A stretch of 64,000 nucleotides of DNA from the human T2T-CHM13v2.0 reference genome, Homo sapiens. The position numbers were made by a program, and so were the translations under genes. The stretch lies in the NCBI GenBank assembly GCA_009914755.4, contig CP068257.2, forward strand, positions 2,784,001 to 2,848,000, read 5' to 3'. Below, in pieces: positions 13,171 through 25,480 of the stretch (within the stretch, counting starts at the first letter, position 1; each line of letters begins with the position of its first letter). The notes below the pieces were generated by a model. That model was given only the letters and a program-made list of their open reading frames with translations. It did no database searches and was not told the DNA's origin.

Positions 13171-16087
13171 TTTTTCAACTTTTGAAACTGCCTTTGGGTA
13201 TGGGATTCAGAGCCTCAAAAGTGAACTATGATCATGTGAAAGAATGACAATCTTTAATGTTGGCTGGGTGTGCCTCCCAATGTCATAATATTACTGTGTG
13301 CTGAGCCCTATTAGGAGTTTCTGTGTTGCACCTGAGGGCTTTATATGGTATGCATGACAGTCTCAATTCTTTCAGAGATTTTCATGCTGGTATGGACCCA
13401 GGATCAAACCTGTGGCCCTAAGCCTATATATGAGTCAACATCTTTACAATTGGTGGGGTCCAGATAAGAGAATCATCACCTTTCTATGCGGTGGGTTTAT
13501 AACGAAGTTCCCATTCCAACTGTGGCCAGATCTTTACATATGAGATTCGCAATACCAACTATAAACTGCATTCATGTGTGAAATTCAGGACCTCACAAGT
13601 GGGTTCTGTTTATATGTGAGGGTGAAAATCATAATGGCCAGGAGGGTGCAGGGTGCGCAGAGGAGTAACAAATTTCACCTGTGTGCTGGGCCCTGTGATA
13701 AGACTCTCTACCACCCGAGGGCTTTCTGTAATATGTGAGAGAGTGGATGATCTTAACGAGGAGACCCAGGGATTTTTTTTTTTTCATTTCCCTAAGTGTC
13801 GGTAGGAGAAGCAGGATCTCTCCTATTGGCTGGTGTGACATATGAAAGTCATCATTGCACCTGTGTGTTGTGTTCCAAGATATAAGTCACAATTACACCT
13901 TCATATAGGAAGAGAGCAGGAGAGTAAAATCAGTTGGACGCTGGGCCAGGGATATGTCTCTTCCCTGAGAACAGGGACCAGGGAACAGAGACACATTACC
14001 TGAATGCTCAGGCATGGGTATGTAGCAATCCACTCCTTAAATTAGGAACCAGGCAGCAGAGTCACATCACCTGGGTGCTGGATCTAGCAATATGTTACAA
14101 TCCTCTCTGTGGTCAGGATGCAGGTAGGAGAGTCACATCTCCTTGGTGATGAATGCAGAAAAACGTCACAAGTTTCTCTGTGCATAAGGTAGAGGAATAA
14201 GCCTTTTATCCCCTAAGTGTTGGGCCCAGGGATATGTCACAATACCCAAAATATGCAAACCCAGGCAAAAGAGAACAGTCACATCACCTTGGTGGTAGGG
14301 TCACTGATATGTCACAATCCCCTCTTTTGGAAGGGCCCAGATAAGAGTGGAGAGTCACATAGCCTAGGCAACGAATAGAAAGGTATGTCATAATACCCCT
14401 GTTGGCAAGACCTATGCAGAAGAGTCACATCACCTATGTGTTCAACCCAGATATATGTTACTGTACACCATGTATGCAGGGCCCAGGCAAGAGAAAAGGC
14501 CACATCACCTCGGTTCTGGGCCCAGCAATATATCACAATACCCCCTAAGAGGAGGTAACAGACAGGAGAGTCACATCACCTAGGTCTGAGGAGCAGAGCT
14601 ATATGGTAATGCCCTGTGTGTGTGCACCCCAAAATAGAGGAGAGTTACATCACCTGAAGACTGTACCCAGCTATGTCACAATGACCCCTGTGGGCAGCAC
14701 CCAGGCATGAGAAGAGAGCACCATCATGTAGGTGCTGTGCCAGGCTGTATTTCACAATCTCCACTATGGATAGGTTTCAGGGAGAAGAGGACCGTCACAT
14801 CATCTAGTTGATGAGTCTGGAGATATGTCAAAATGAACCCTCTGAAGAGACCAGGATGCAGAATCACATGATCTGTGTGCTGGGTCTAGGAATAACCCAT
14901 TCTCCCTTCTGTAAACATGGCCACGCAGAAGATGAGGGTCACATATTTAAGGTGATGAACGCGGAAATATTTCACAAGTCTCCCTGTAGGCAAGACCCAG
15001 ACAGGAGATTCCCTTCCCTCAGTTGTTGGGACCAGAAATACATCACAATGTGGGGCTCAAGCAGAAAAACTAAAGAAACATCACCTATTTTTTGAGCTCA
15101 GAATTAGTCACAATCTCTCCTATAGGCAAAGCCTTTGTTAAAAAAGAAGAGTTTTATCAAATAGTTGATGGGCTCAGAGATATGTCCCAATGCCATATGT
15201 TACAAATTGCTGTACGCAGGCTTCAGGCAGGAGATGGGCCTAATAATGTGTCACAGTGCTTTCTGCTTGCAGGGCAAAGTCAACAGAGTAATGTCACCTC
15301 GAAGTTGGACCCACCAATGTATCACAATCTCCTTCCAAACAAATCCTATAAAACAAAAGAAGAGTAACATGAGGTAGGTGCTGGGCACAGTGATATGTCA
15401 CAATCCTTTCTTTAAGCAGGGACTAGGCAGGAGAAGAAAATCACACCACATGGGTGATGGGCACATAGATATTTCACAATGTCCCCTTAGGCAAAGCTCA
15501 GGAAGGAGAGGTAGATCATCTAGGTTTTGGATGCAACAGTATGTCACAATGGCCATTGTGGCCTGGGCACCGGCAGAAGAGTCACATAACATGGATGTGA
15601 GACCCAGCAATACATCACAACGCCCCGGTGAGTAGCACTAATGCAAGACAGAAAACTTACATTACCTAGGTGCAAGGCCAAGTGATATGTCCCAATGTCC
15701 CCTGTGGGCATCACCAAGGCAGGAGGTAAGAGTCACATAACCTAGGTGCTGGCTTCAGTGATATATCAGAATCCCATCTGTGAGCTGGGCACAGGAAACA
15801 GAGCTAAAATACTCGGGAGCTGGGCAGAGATGTATGTCACAATCCCACCTGCAGAAAGCGACAGGGATGAGATGAACAACTCCACACATGTCCGGATTCC
15901 AGGTATGAGAATTTGCATGTTGGGCCTAAGTACACCAGTCTCAATCTCAACAGTGAACTGGATTCATAAATGTGTCTTCTCTGGCTGACCGCGTCCCCTT
16001 AGGAGAGTTACAGTCTCACAGATGTAATGAATTTTGGTTTGAGAGTCACCCACCTACCTGTGGACAAGATCCATATATGAGAGTCAA

Positions 16088-16105
16088 TTTTCTTTTTTTT
16101 CTTTC

Positions 16106-16165
<60 letters not shown>

Positions 16166-16227
16166 TTTTTCTTTTCTTTCTCCCTTTCTTTTCCTTCCTT
16201 CTTTCTCTTTTTCTTTCTTTCTCTTTT

Positions 16228-16272
<45 letters not shown>

Positions 16273-16284
16273 TTTGCTTTCTTT
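16088..16284. repeat. (CTTT)n/(TTTC)n polypyrimidine microsatellite of about 200 bp, with a few interruptions.
   Basis: Direct read of 'ctttctttctttc...'. It creates the artefactual minus ORF 16008-16316 (KKERKKERKK). Confidence 0.95.
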
Positions 16285-16912
16285 TTTTTTTTTTCTCCCT
16301 TGAGATGGAGTCTCACTCTATTGCCACGCTGGAGTGCAGTGGGACGATCTCGGTTCTCTGCAACCTCTGCCTCCTGGGTTCAAGCGACTCTCCTGCCTCA
16401 GCTTCCTGAGTAGCTGGGATTGCAGGTACATGCCACCATGCCCAGCTAATTTTTGTATTTTTAGTAGAGATGGGGTTGCCAGGCACAGTGTTCCATGCCC
16501 GTAATCCCAGAACTTTGAGAGGTCGAAGTGGGTGGATCACTTGAAGTCAGGAGTTTGACACCAGTCTAATCAATATGGTGAAACCCCGTCTCTACCAAAA
16601 ATATAAAAATTAACTGGGCATGGTGACATGAGCCTGTAGTCCCAGCTACTCGGGAAGCTGAGACAAGAGAATTGTTTGAACCTGGGAGGCGGAGGTTACA
16701 GTAAGACTAGATGGTGCCACTGCACTCCAGTCTGGGTGACAGAGCAAGATTCTGTCTCAAAATAATAATAATAAATAAATAGTAGAGAGGCGGGGTTTCA
16801 CCACGTTGGCCAGGATGGTCTTGATCTCCTGACCTCGTGATCCACCCGCCTCGGCCTCCCAAAGTGCTGCGATTACAGGCCTGATCCACCGCACCCGGCC
16901 GGTTGTGCTCAT
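16285..16912 (-). mobile_element. Alu (AluS-like) in minus orientation, split by a nested Alu insertion.
   Basis: Poly(T) plus 'gagatggagtctcactctattgccacgctggagtgcagtgg...tttttagtagagatggggtt' runs to 16478. The remainder 'agtagagaggcggggtttcaccacgttggccaggatggtc...cgcacccggcc' is at 16791-16912. Confidence 0.85.
16479..16790 (+). mobile_element. Full-length Alu (AluY/S-like) inserted into the older minus-strand Alu. It is flanked by a duplicated 'agtagaga(t/g)g..ggggtt' host-Alu target site.
   Basis: 'gccaggcacagtgttccatgcccgtaatcccagaactttgagaggtcgaagtgggtggatcac...ctgggtgacagagcaagattctgtctcaaaataataataa'. The interrupted host Alu resumes with the duplicated 15 bp. Confidence 0.85.
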
Positions 16913-19900
16913 TTTTGAGGATAACTTTTATTGTCACCAGAGTGTGCATGAGTGTTAGAATCTCACCTGTTTGCTGGGCCCTGTTAGGACACTATGTACC
17001 TCCTGTGGGCCTTGTAGAGTATGCATTAAACATAATACACTCTGAGGTCTTCATGCTGATATGAACCTATGATCATACCTGTGGCCATAAGCCCAGGTAT
17101 GAGAGTCAACATCTCTCCAGCTGGCTGGATCCAGATAAGAGGATCTTTACTTGGCTGTAAACTGGGTTCAGAAATAAGTCACTATCCCAACTGTGACTGG
17201 ATGTTCACATGTGATAGTTACAATTCCCGCTGTGGACGGCACTCAGGTATGAGGTTTAGACCTCCCTAATCACCTCTGTTCCTGTGTAGGAATGACAATT
17301 CTGATGATTGGTGGGTGTGCACACAGAGAACACAATCTCACCTGTGTTCTGGGCCCTGTGATGACACTGTACCATCTGAGTGCTTTACAGGATATGCAAG
17401 AGTGCTTATTTTCTCTGACCTTCATAGTAAGAGAAGACCCATAATTTTGCACATTTTGTAAAGCCTGGATATGAGACAAAGTATCTCTCCTATTGGTTGG
17501 TTTAAGGTATGAATGTCATCATCACACCTACATGCTAGGCCAAAATATATGTGACAATCTCACATTTGAGTAGTCAGCAAGCAGGAGGGTCTCATCACCT
17601 GGGTCATTGTCAGGGATATGTCACATTCTCCCCTGAGGACAGGGACAAGGCAAGAAAGTCACATCCCTAGGTATTCTGCCAGGGATATGTTCTTGTTCCC
17701 TCCTGAAAGCATGACACATGCAGCAGAGTCACCTCACCTGGGTTCTGGGTCCAGCGATATGTCACAATTTTCCCTGTGAGCAAGGCACAGGCAGGAGAAA
17801 CACATCACCTGTTTGCTGGGCCCAGAAATATGCTACAGTTTTTCTTGTGAGCAGGGCTCAGGCAGAAATGGGGGAATCACATTTTCTAGGTGATAAATGC
17901 AGAGCTATGTCACAAGGTCCCCAGTAGTCAGGGCCTTGGCAGAAGATTCCTATTGTCTAGGCGATTGGCCCAGTGATACAACACAATAGCTAAATTATGC
18001 AGGGCCCAAGGCAAAGAGGAGAGTTGCATCACCTAAGTGATGAACAAAAAGATATGTCATAATACCCAGGTGGAAATGGGCCATGCAGGTAAGTCACACT
18101 ACCTAGGTGTTGGACCCAGTGATATGTCACAATACACAATATATGCAGGGCCCAGCCAAGAGGGGAGAGTCAAATCACCCAGGTGCTGGGCCCGATGATA
18201 CATTGTAATCTGTCTTTGGTCAGAGCCCTAGCAGTAGAAGAAACTCACATCACCTCCATGCTGAGGTCAGCCATATGTCACAATAACCCTGAGAAATGAG
18301 CCCAGGAAAAGAGTCACATCATTTAAGTGAGAGGCCCATAGATATTTTCAATTCCTCCTGTGGGTAGTCCTCAGTAAAAAGACAGTCACATTAGTTAGAG
18401 TCTGTCCCCAGCGATGTGTAAGAATCCCAGCTGTGAACAGGCACCAGACAGGACAAGAGAGTCCCATCACCTGGGTGAACAGTGCACAGATATGTCACAA
18501 TGACCCCATGTAGGTAAAGTCTAGACAAGAGTTACATCACCTGGGTGTTGGACCCAGCAATATGTCACAATGGCTCATGTGGGCAAAGCACAGGACACAG
18601 TCATATAACAAAGTGCCAGGACCAGTGTTAGGTCAGGATACCCTTTATGGGCAGTGCCAAGACAGGAGATTAGAAGCATATTAATTAGATGCTGGATTCA
18701 AGGATATATCACAATCTCATCTGTGGGCTACACCCAGGCAAAAAAGTCAAATCACTCAGGAGCTGGCTAGAGGTGTACGTCAGAATCACACCTGCAGGAA
18801 GGTCCATGGATGAGATTAACAATCCCTCATAAGTGCCAGTTCTGGATATGAGAGTGAACGCCTCCTGTATGTTGTATCTATGTGCATAAGTCACAATCTC
18901 AATGGAGGAATGGGTTTTTTCCATGAGAGCCTTAATCCCTTTTGAAAACTGAGTTATCTTAGTGGACTCACAGCCTCACAAGTGTTTTGGATCTTGGTCA
19001 GGGAGTCACAAACCCACTTAAGGACAACATCCACTTATTAGAGCCAATTTTCCAACTTTTGACTGCCTCTGGGTGTGAGTTTCAGAACCTCAATTATGGT
19101 CCATGTTCGTGTGGGAGAATGACAATTTTGACAGATGGCTGGGCTCAGGCAGGAGCCTTTCATCCTGCAGGTGTTGAGACAAAGGATATGATACAACACC
19201 TAAAATATGCTGGGTGCAGGCAAAAGAGGAGACTCATATTAGCTGGTTGCTAGGTCCAGTTATATGTCACCACCTCCCTTTTTGGCAGGGCTAAGGAAAA
19301 AGAGGAGAGTCAGAGCTAAAGAAATGTCATAATGTCCCTGCGGGTAGGGCCTATGCATGAGAGTTGCAACACCTAGTCATTGAACCCAGCCATATATTAT
19401 AATACACAATGTATACAAGGCCCAGGCAAGAAAGGAGAGAATATCACATAGGTACTGTGTCCAGCAATATGTCACCATACCCCCCAGAGGGGAGGCTCCA
19501 GGCAACAGGATAACATTACCTAAGTGAAGTGCCCAGAGAGATGTTTCAATGACCCTGGTGGGTAGGATTTTGAAAAAAGAGAAGTTACAGAACCTAGGGG
19601 CTAGGCCTAGCTATGTATCACATTCATCTCCAAGATGGAGCCCAGATATGGGAGAAAAGTCACATGATGTAGGTACTGGGCAAAGTAATATGTCACAATC
19701 CTTATGTGAGCCGGCCATAGGAAGAAGTAGAGAGTCACATAGTCTAGATGATGGGCCCAGAGGCATTTGACAATGACTCCTGTAGGTAGGGACCAGGCAG
19801 AAGAATCACATCACCCCTGTGCTGTTCCCAGTTATAAGTCACACTTCCTTCTGTGGGCATGCCCCAGGCAAGGAGAGGAGTCACATCATCCCGGTGCTAG

Positions 19901-21689
19901 ACCCAGGGTTATGTCACAATCTGTCTTATGGGCAATGCTCAGGTAAGAGAGGAGAGTTGCATCAAATAGATGATGGACCCAGAGGTATGTCACGATGCCT
20001 TCTGTGAACTCGATCCAGGCAGAAGATTCACATCATCAACTTGGTGCTAAGCCCAGCAACGTCTCACAATCCCTTCTGTGTAAAGGGACCAGGCAGGAGA
20101 AGAGAATCACATTACCAGGCTGATGAGCACAGAGATATGTCACAATGCCCCTGTAAGGCAGGGCCCAGGCTGTTGGGTTACATAACCTGAGTAGTGGACC
20201 CAGCAATATAACACAGTGTCCCATATGGGCAGTGCACAAGCCGGAGAGTCACATAACCTGGATGCGAGGCCAAGCTATATATAGCAACGCTTCCTGAGGG
20301 CAGCGCCAAGGCAGAAGAGGAGACTCACATCTCCGGGTGCAAGGTCTAGCGATATGTCAAAATGCTCACTGTGGGCAGTGCCAAGGAAGGAGAATAGAGT
20401 TACACCCTCAATGTGCTGGATCCAGCAATATGTTAATATCCCATCTGTGGGCTGGGTCCATGTGAGACCATCAAGTCACTCAGGTGCTAGGCACCGGCAA
20501 ATTTCACCATGAAAGCTGCAGAATGGTCCAGGAATTAGATTAACAATCCCACAACTGTCTCAGTTGTAGGCATGACATTCAACACCTCCTGTATGTTGGG
20601 TCTAAGCTCACGAATAACCCTCTCAACACCAGACTGGATTTGTGCATGAGAGTCTCAATTCCTCTGCAGACTGACCTGTGTTCCCGTGAGAGGATGACAA
20701 TAGTTACTGTTGGCTGGGTGTGCATATGAGTGTCACAATCTCACCTGTGTGCTCGGCCCAGTTAGCACGCTCTGTGTACTACCCAATGGCCCTATACACT
20801 ATGCATGAGAGTCGTAATCAACTTTGACACCTTCCTAATGGTAGGGACCCATGATCGTACTTGTAGCATTAAGCCCGGTATGAGAGTCAACATCATTACA
20901 ATTAACTAGGTCAGGATAGGAGAGTCCTCCCTTGCCTATGAGCTGAGTTTAGATGTGGGCCACCATTTCAACTCTGGTTGAATGTTTATATATGAACACG
21001 GGCCTAACACCGAGGTGATGTGAGTCTTTGGCCTAGACACTTCAAGCAGGAGGCAAAGTGACATATCTCTGGGTCTATCAACTATTTGATGTGACCTTCC
21101 TTTTTTACCTGAGCTTTCCCCATAAAAGAGATGTGACATATGTCTAGACAAAGCACCTGGGTGATGTGACTCTCCTTTATTGACTGAGCCCTGTGTATTT
21201 TGGGTATTCTGACGTATCCCTGGACCTAACTTCTGGAAGATAAGAAGATCCAACATGGGCCCTGCCTAAAAAGTTTCTTGTGACAAATTTCTACATGAAT
21301 CACCTTGGAGATTTGACTCTCCTCTCTTACCCGAGTTTTGCCCATAAGAGAGATTGTTACGTACCTCTGCAGCAAGCACCTAAATGCTGTGGCTCTTCTT
21401 TCTTGCCCGGGTCATGCCCACAGATGAAAGAGTGGCTTATCGCTGTGTCCAGCACACCGGTTATGTGATTATGCTGCCTGATCTCTGCTCACAGGAGCCA
21501 TTGTGACATATCCCTGGGGCCAGAAACTATTTAACACGATATCTTCAATGACCTTAACTTGTTGCCTGGGATAAGTTGTGACATATCTCTGGATCCAGCA
21601 CCTAGGTGATGCGACTCTCCTTTTCTGCATGGGCTATGCTTACAAGAAGGAGGCTGACTTATTGCTGTGTTGACAACTGATGTGATACC

Positions 21690-22425
21690 TCTGTTCTTGT
21701 CTTCTTAGTTTTTAAGAATTTAAACAAGAGACACAAGGAAAAAAAGTACAGCATAATTTATTGGAAAAGAAAATACTTGAAAATTAAGTGCAGATTACAG
21801 TACACCCTGAGAGAGATACTCCAGGGCGGGCTGCTCGTAAGAGTGAGACAGCGTGGACTGTCGCTGGAGAAACCCCCTTACGGGAGTTTTACATTATTAT
21901 TAATAAGGTGGAGGGAAGAGGAGTTGCTTATAAGCATGTTCTGAGTGATATTCTGGGTGCACATACGCAGTGACTATACATGCTTGTTCATATGTTGCAT
22001 GTCTCGTTAGCATCTTAGATCTCCACCCAGGAGTGTATTTCTGTTTGTTTGTTTGTTTGTTTGTTTGAGACAGAGTCTCCCCGTGTTGCCCAGGCTGGAG
22101 TGCAGTGGTGTGATCTCTGCTCACTGCAACCTCCGCCTCCTGAGTTCAAGCCATGCTCATGCCTCTGCCTCCAGAGTATCTGGGATTACAGGCATGCACC
22201 ACCATACCCTGCTAATTTTTGTATTTTTAGTTGAGACGAGATTTCACTATGTTGGCCAGTCTAGTCTCAAGCTTCTGGTTTGAAGTGATCCATCTTCCTC
22301 AGCCTCCCAAAGTGCTAGGAGTACAGTTATGAGCCACCTTGCCTGGCTAGGGCCTATATTTTTTGCTATTAAAATAAGCGAAAGTTAAGTTTGAGGACAG
22401 GTGAAATCAAAATGCACATGCTTTC
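21690..22425. repeat. Copy A of a roughly 400 bp duplicated segment, interrupted by an Alu. The paralogous copy is at 25028-25480. This may be an LTR.
   Basis: 'tcttcttag(t/c)tt(t/a)aagaatttaaaca(a/g)gaaaca...tacagcata...attaagtgcaga...ccagggc(g/a)g(g/c)ctgctcgtaagagtgagacagc...tgctggagaaaccc...gggagttttacat(t/g)attatt' aligns between the two copies at about 75-80% identity. The alignment extends through 'aaatcaaaatgcacatgct(t/c)tctaga'. Confidence 0.6.
22043..22347 (-). mobile_element. Alu in minus orientation with a (GTTT)n-modified tail, inserted into copy A of the duplicated segment.
   Basis: 'tgtttgtttgtttgagacagagtctccccgtgttgcccaggctggagtgcagtggtgtgatctc...gcctcccaaagtgctaggagtacagttatgagccaccttgcctggc'. 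Confidence 0.9.
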
Positions 22426-25027
22426 TAGAACAGAAAGTCCTTAATGAGGATAACTTTGCTTGAATAAGCCCAATTACAATGCGAATGCTACGGCTTATTG
22501 TGTTGGCTGTACAGTCACCATGGTTTCTGTATCCTGAGATCATGGTCATTTTCTGTACTATCTATTCTGCCTCAATTTCCCCCTAAGAGATTTTAGGGCA
22601 ATAATCATATTGGAGGTTGAGGGGTTAGGCCATTATTTCTGGAGCTGTTTCCTGCTGAGTGGGTGTTACTTCTGCCTAGCCTGGGCCTTAAAGTTTCTTC
22701 CTGTGTGATCTAACAGGGTGTAAACCATGTCGTTCGTGGAACCAGTGGGAAGATGTTGGCAACCAAAGGTTGAAAGCCTTGCAAAACCATCATGCAAACA
22801 TGGAGTTGCCGTAAGCAAGAGAGCAAGAAATCAGTTAACATTTTAAACAAAATTGGAACAAAACTAAAAGCTGAAAATATAATAATGACTGGTACTATTA
22901 AAGAGAGCAAGGCAGACAATGGACATCGCTTTCATGTTCCCATGGAAGTTCCTAGAGATTCAATTTTGTCTGCCTGGGTGATGATATTATTAATATTTTC
23001 TTCAACTAAACCAGACTGATTGATCTCAAAAACAGCATTCTTCTTTTAGATATAAACATGTTCCTCTTTACCCGGCTGGGAGAAGATCCCAGGCTCCTTG
23101 GTTTTGTCGGACTACAGTGGCCATGGAGTCCAGATGTTGTTGAAGTCTATTGAGGCCCTCTGCTGCTTGTTGGGGACCCATTGAGTTTTCCTGAGATAGT
23201 TTCTATTGGATTCCCGAGGCTCCACCTTATGGTGACATTTGTGCTGCAAAGGAATTCTGCATTGAAATGGTGAAAGCAGCAAAAGTTTTAAGTCTTTTCT
23301 ATTTTTTGCCAATAAGCAAAAGTTTTCTGCAGCTACGTGGTCAGCAGTCATTGGGTCCATTTATGGATGGTGAAGTTGAATGGCGGTCAAAGTTAGAGCC
23401 TGGAAGGCTTCAGTAAATGCGCTGAAGTTCTTTGGGAGCCATCAGAGCTGTTGCTTGCATTGGATTAGATCATTTATTGAGAAGAGAACAAGCACTCTGA
23501 TGGTCCTCTCTCCATTTGGGACTTTCTGTAAGGGGATCAAATTCTCTGGCCCTGCATGGGGTGAAGTTCCACCGCGAGTAACTACAGCTGGGCTGGTCAC
23601 TATTATACCTGGCAAAGGCTGATAGAGAGGAGCATAAGGAGGAGGTGAAACAAGCTTAGATTCTACAGAAGACTCTGATAGTGTGGGGATGCTGCGGATT
23701 CTACAGGAGGTGTAGGCCCCTGAGGGTCCCTATCTGGAGCTGGTGTTGGGCTGTTGGGTCTGGGGTCCCTTCCCCTTAATAAGAGATGATCTTCTAATGC
23801 TTCTGAGGGGCTTTGTGGCTTACTAGGCTTTAGCCCACAGGTGCTGCATAGAGCTGGGTTTTGTTGTCAGGCCATAAAGGTTTGCACATAGGATATTTCA
23901 GACCATTTTCCCTGATTTCTACAGAAAAGATCTAGCTGTAGGAGGGTGTTAAAGTTCACAGTCTCATTCCCCAGCCATGTTTTGTGAGCTAATCTGTATG
24001 CAAGCAAAATAGTATTACAAAAGAAGATAAGTTTTTTCTTTTCTTTTTTTTTTTTTTGGTTCATCTAGCCAAAAGCTGTTTCAATTTTTAAATATACATC
24101 CCAGGGGTGTTTCAATGACAGTAGAGGAAGCGGCTCCCATGGTGCCGACAGGATCTTGCAACGTCAGAATATGTACTAAAGTCCAGGAGGCCATGGGCAT
24201 CACAATGGGACAAGTGGAACCACCAAGGTGTCCAGCACAGCCCCTCGAGACCCCATTAACTGAAGCTCTAGGAGGTCATAGGCATGTGCCATACACCGTC
24301 CTATCTCTCACCAGCGCTGCACATCTCCAGCCCTGCCGAGATGACCCCCACTGCTGGCTGGGGGGCAGATGTCTGGCTGACAAGCCTTTCCCTAATTTAC
24401 TGGTTTGCAATTTATGATGCCGAATTATAACACCTGCAATGCTCAGATTCAAACCCCACGACCGGGCATCTACATGACTTTGAGTCGTTTGTTCAGCAAA
24501 GAAAACCTGTTGAAGAACAATTTCAAGGAGGTGGGAAATGCATAAAGCCTGAAGGGACAGGGTTCTCTTAATATTCCACTCAAAACAAAACAAGACAAAA
24601 CTGTAAACAGAAAACCCGATCAGAAAATAAAGTACAATAGCCACTAGGTGGCGATCGAGTATTGCCGAAGGGACAGCAAACGATAAGCTGAGTCTGAAGT
24701 GTGGCCAGAAAGATGTGAAACTAAGCAGCAAACTAGCCCGAATATGAAATGTTGAGAGCAACCCATGCGGTGAGTGTCATTTATGGATAGTACAGATGCA
24801 GCAGCCAAAAGGAGAGCAGACATATATTCTCTCTCTAGAGAATATAGGTGATTTAAACACGTTTCCCCCAGAACTTTAGTGAAACAGCGCTGGAACAACC
24901 AGCGATAGTTAACCAGGTAGTCTGGAAGTGCCATAGTATTCACTGCAAGAAAAGGGAAACTGAAATTAATGAAGCAGACAAACCTCTCTCCGGGCCATGG
25001 CAAAAGAAATGTTGATGGCTGATGTAA

Positions 25028-25480
25028 TACCTTGGTTCTTATCTTCTTAGCTTAAAAGAATTTAAACAGGAAACATGCAGCAAAAGAAGTACAGCATAGA
25101 GTAATTTATTGCACACAAAAAAGAAAAGAATACGTTGAAAATCAAGTGCAGAATAGACGGTACAGTCTGAGAAAGAGATTCCAGGGCAGCCTGCTCATAA
25201 GAGTGAGACAGCATTAATTGTTGCTGGAGAAACCCTCCTTCTGGGAGTTTTACATGATTATTCATAAGAAGGTGGAAAGAAGTGTTATAGAAGGCATGCT
25301 TTGAGTGGTCTTCTGGGTGCACATGTGCAGTAGCTGTACATATTTTTGCATATGTTTCATGTCTCATTAGCATGCAATGACATTTCACCCAGGAATGTGT
25401 TTTTACTTGTTAAAATGAGCAAAGGTTCAGCTTGAAGACAGATAAAATCAAAATGCACATGCTCTCTAGACGTAAAAGTC
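25028..25480. repeat. Copy B of the roughly 400 bp duplicated segment. This is a possible LTR.
   Basis: See copy A. The segment is colinear with it, including the flanking 'tgatgt(g/a)ataccttggttcttatcttcttag' motif. Confidence 0.6.

Larger units (their letters stand above)
9440..21690. repeat. Complex satellite of about 100 copies of 70-80 bp subunits (core GAGTCACATCACCTGGGTGCTGGGCCCAGTGATATGTCACAAT). It is arranged in higher-order units of about 3.8 kb, each with a 400-600 bp head (starts near 9440, 13240, 16920/17285, 19100, 20690). Subunit orientation is plus in 11050-20500 and minus in about 9990-10990 and about 20990-21690.
   Basis: The TCACATCACC...GTGATATGTCACAAT motif recurs every 70-78 bp (for example at 18244, 18314, 18385, 18461, 18533). 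Reverse-complement copies (GTGACATATCTCTGGG...GGTGATGTGACTCTCC) occur at 10380-10700 and 21000-21600. Head segments ('catgtgaaa-gaatgacaat...ggctgggtgtgc...') repeat at the listed positions. Confidence 0.85.

Noticed and set aside
16008-16409. Lys/Glu/Arg-rich minus ORF (KKERKKERKK...) and Phe/Leu/Ser-rich plus ORF.
   Set aside because: These are direct translations of the (CTTT)n microsatellite.
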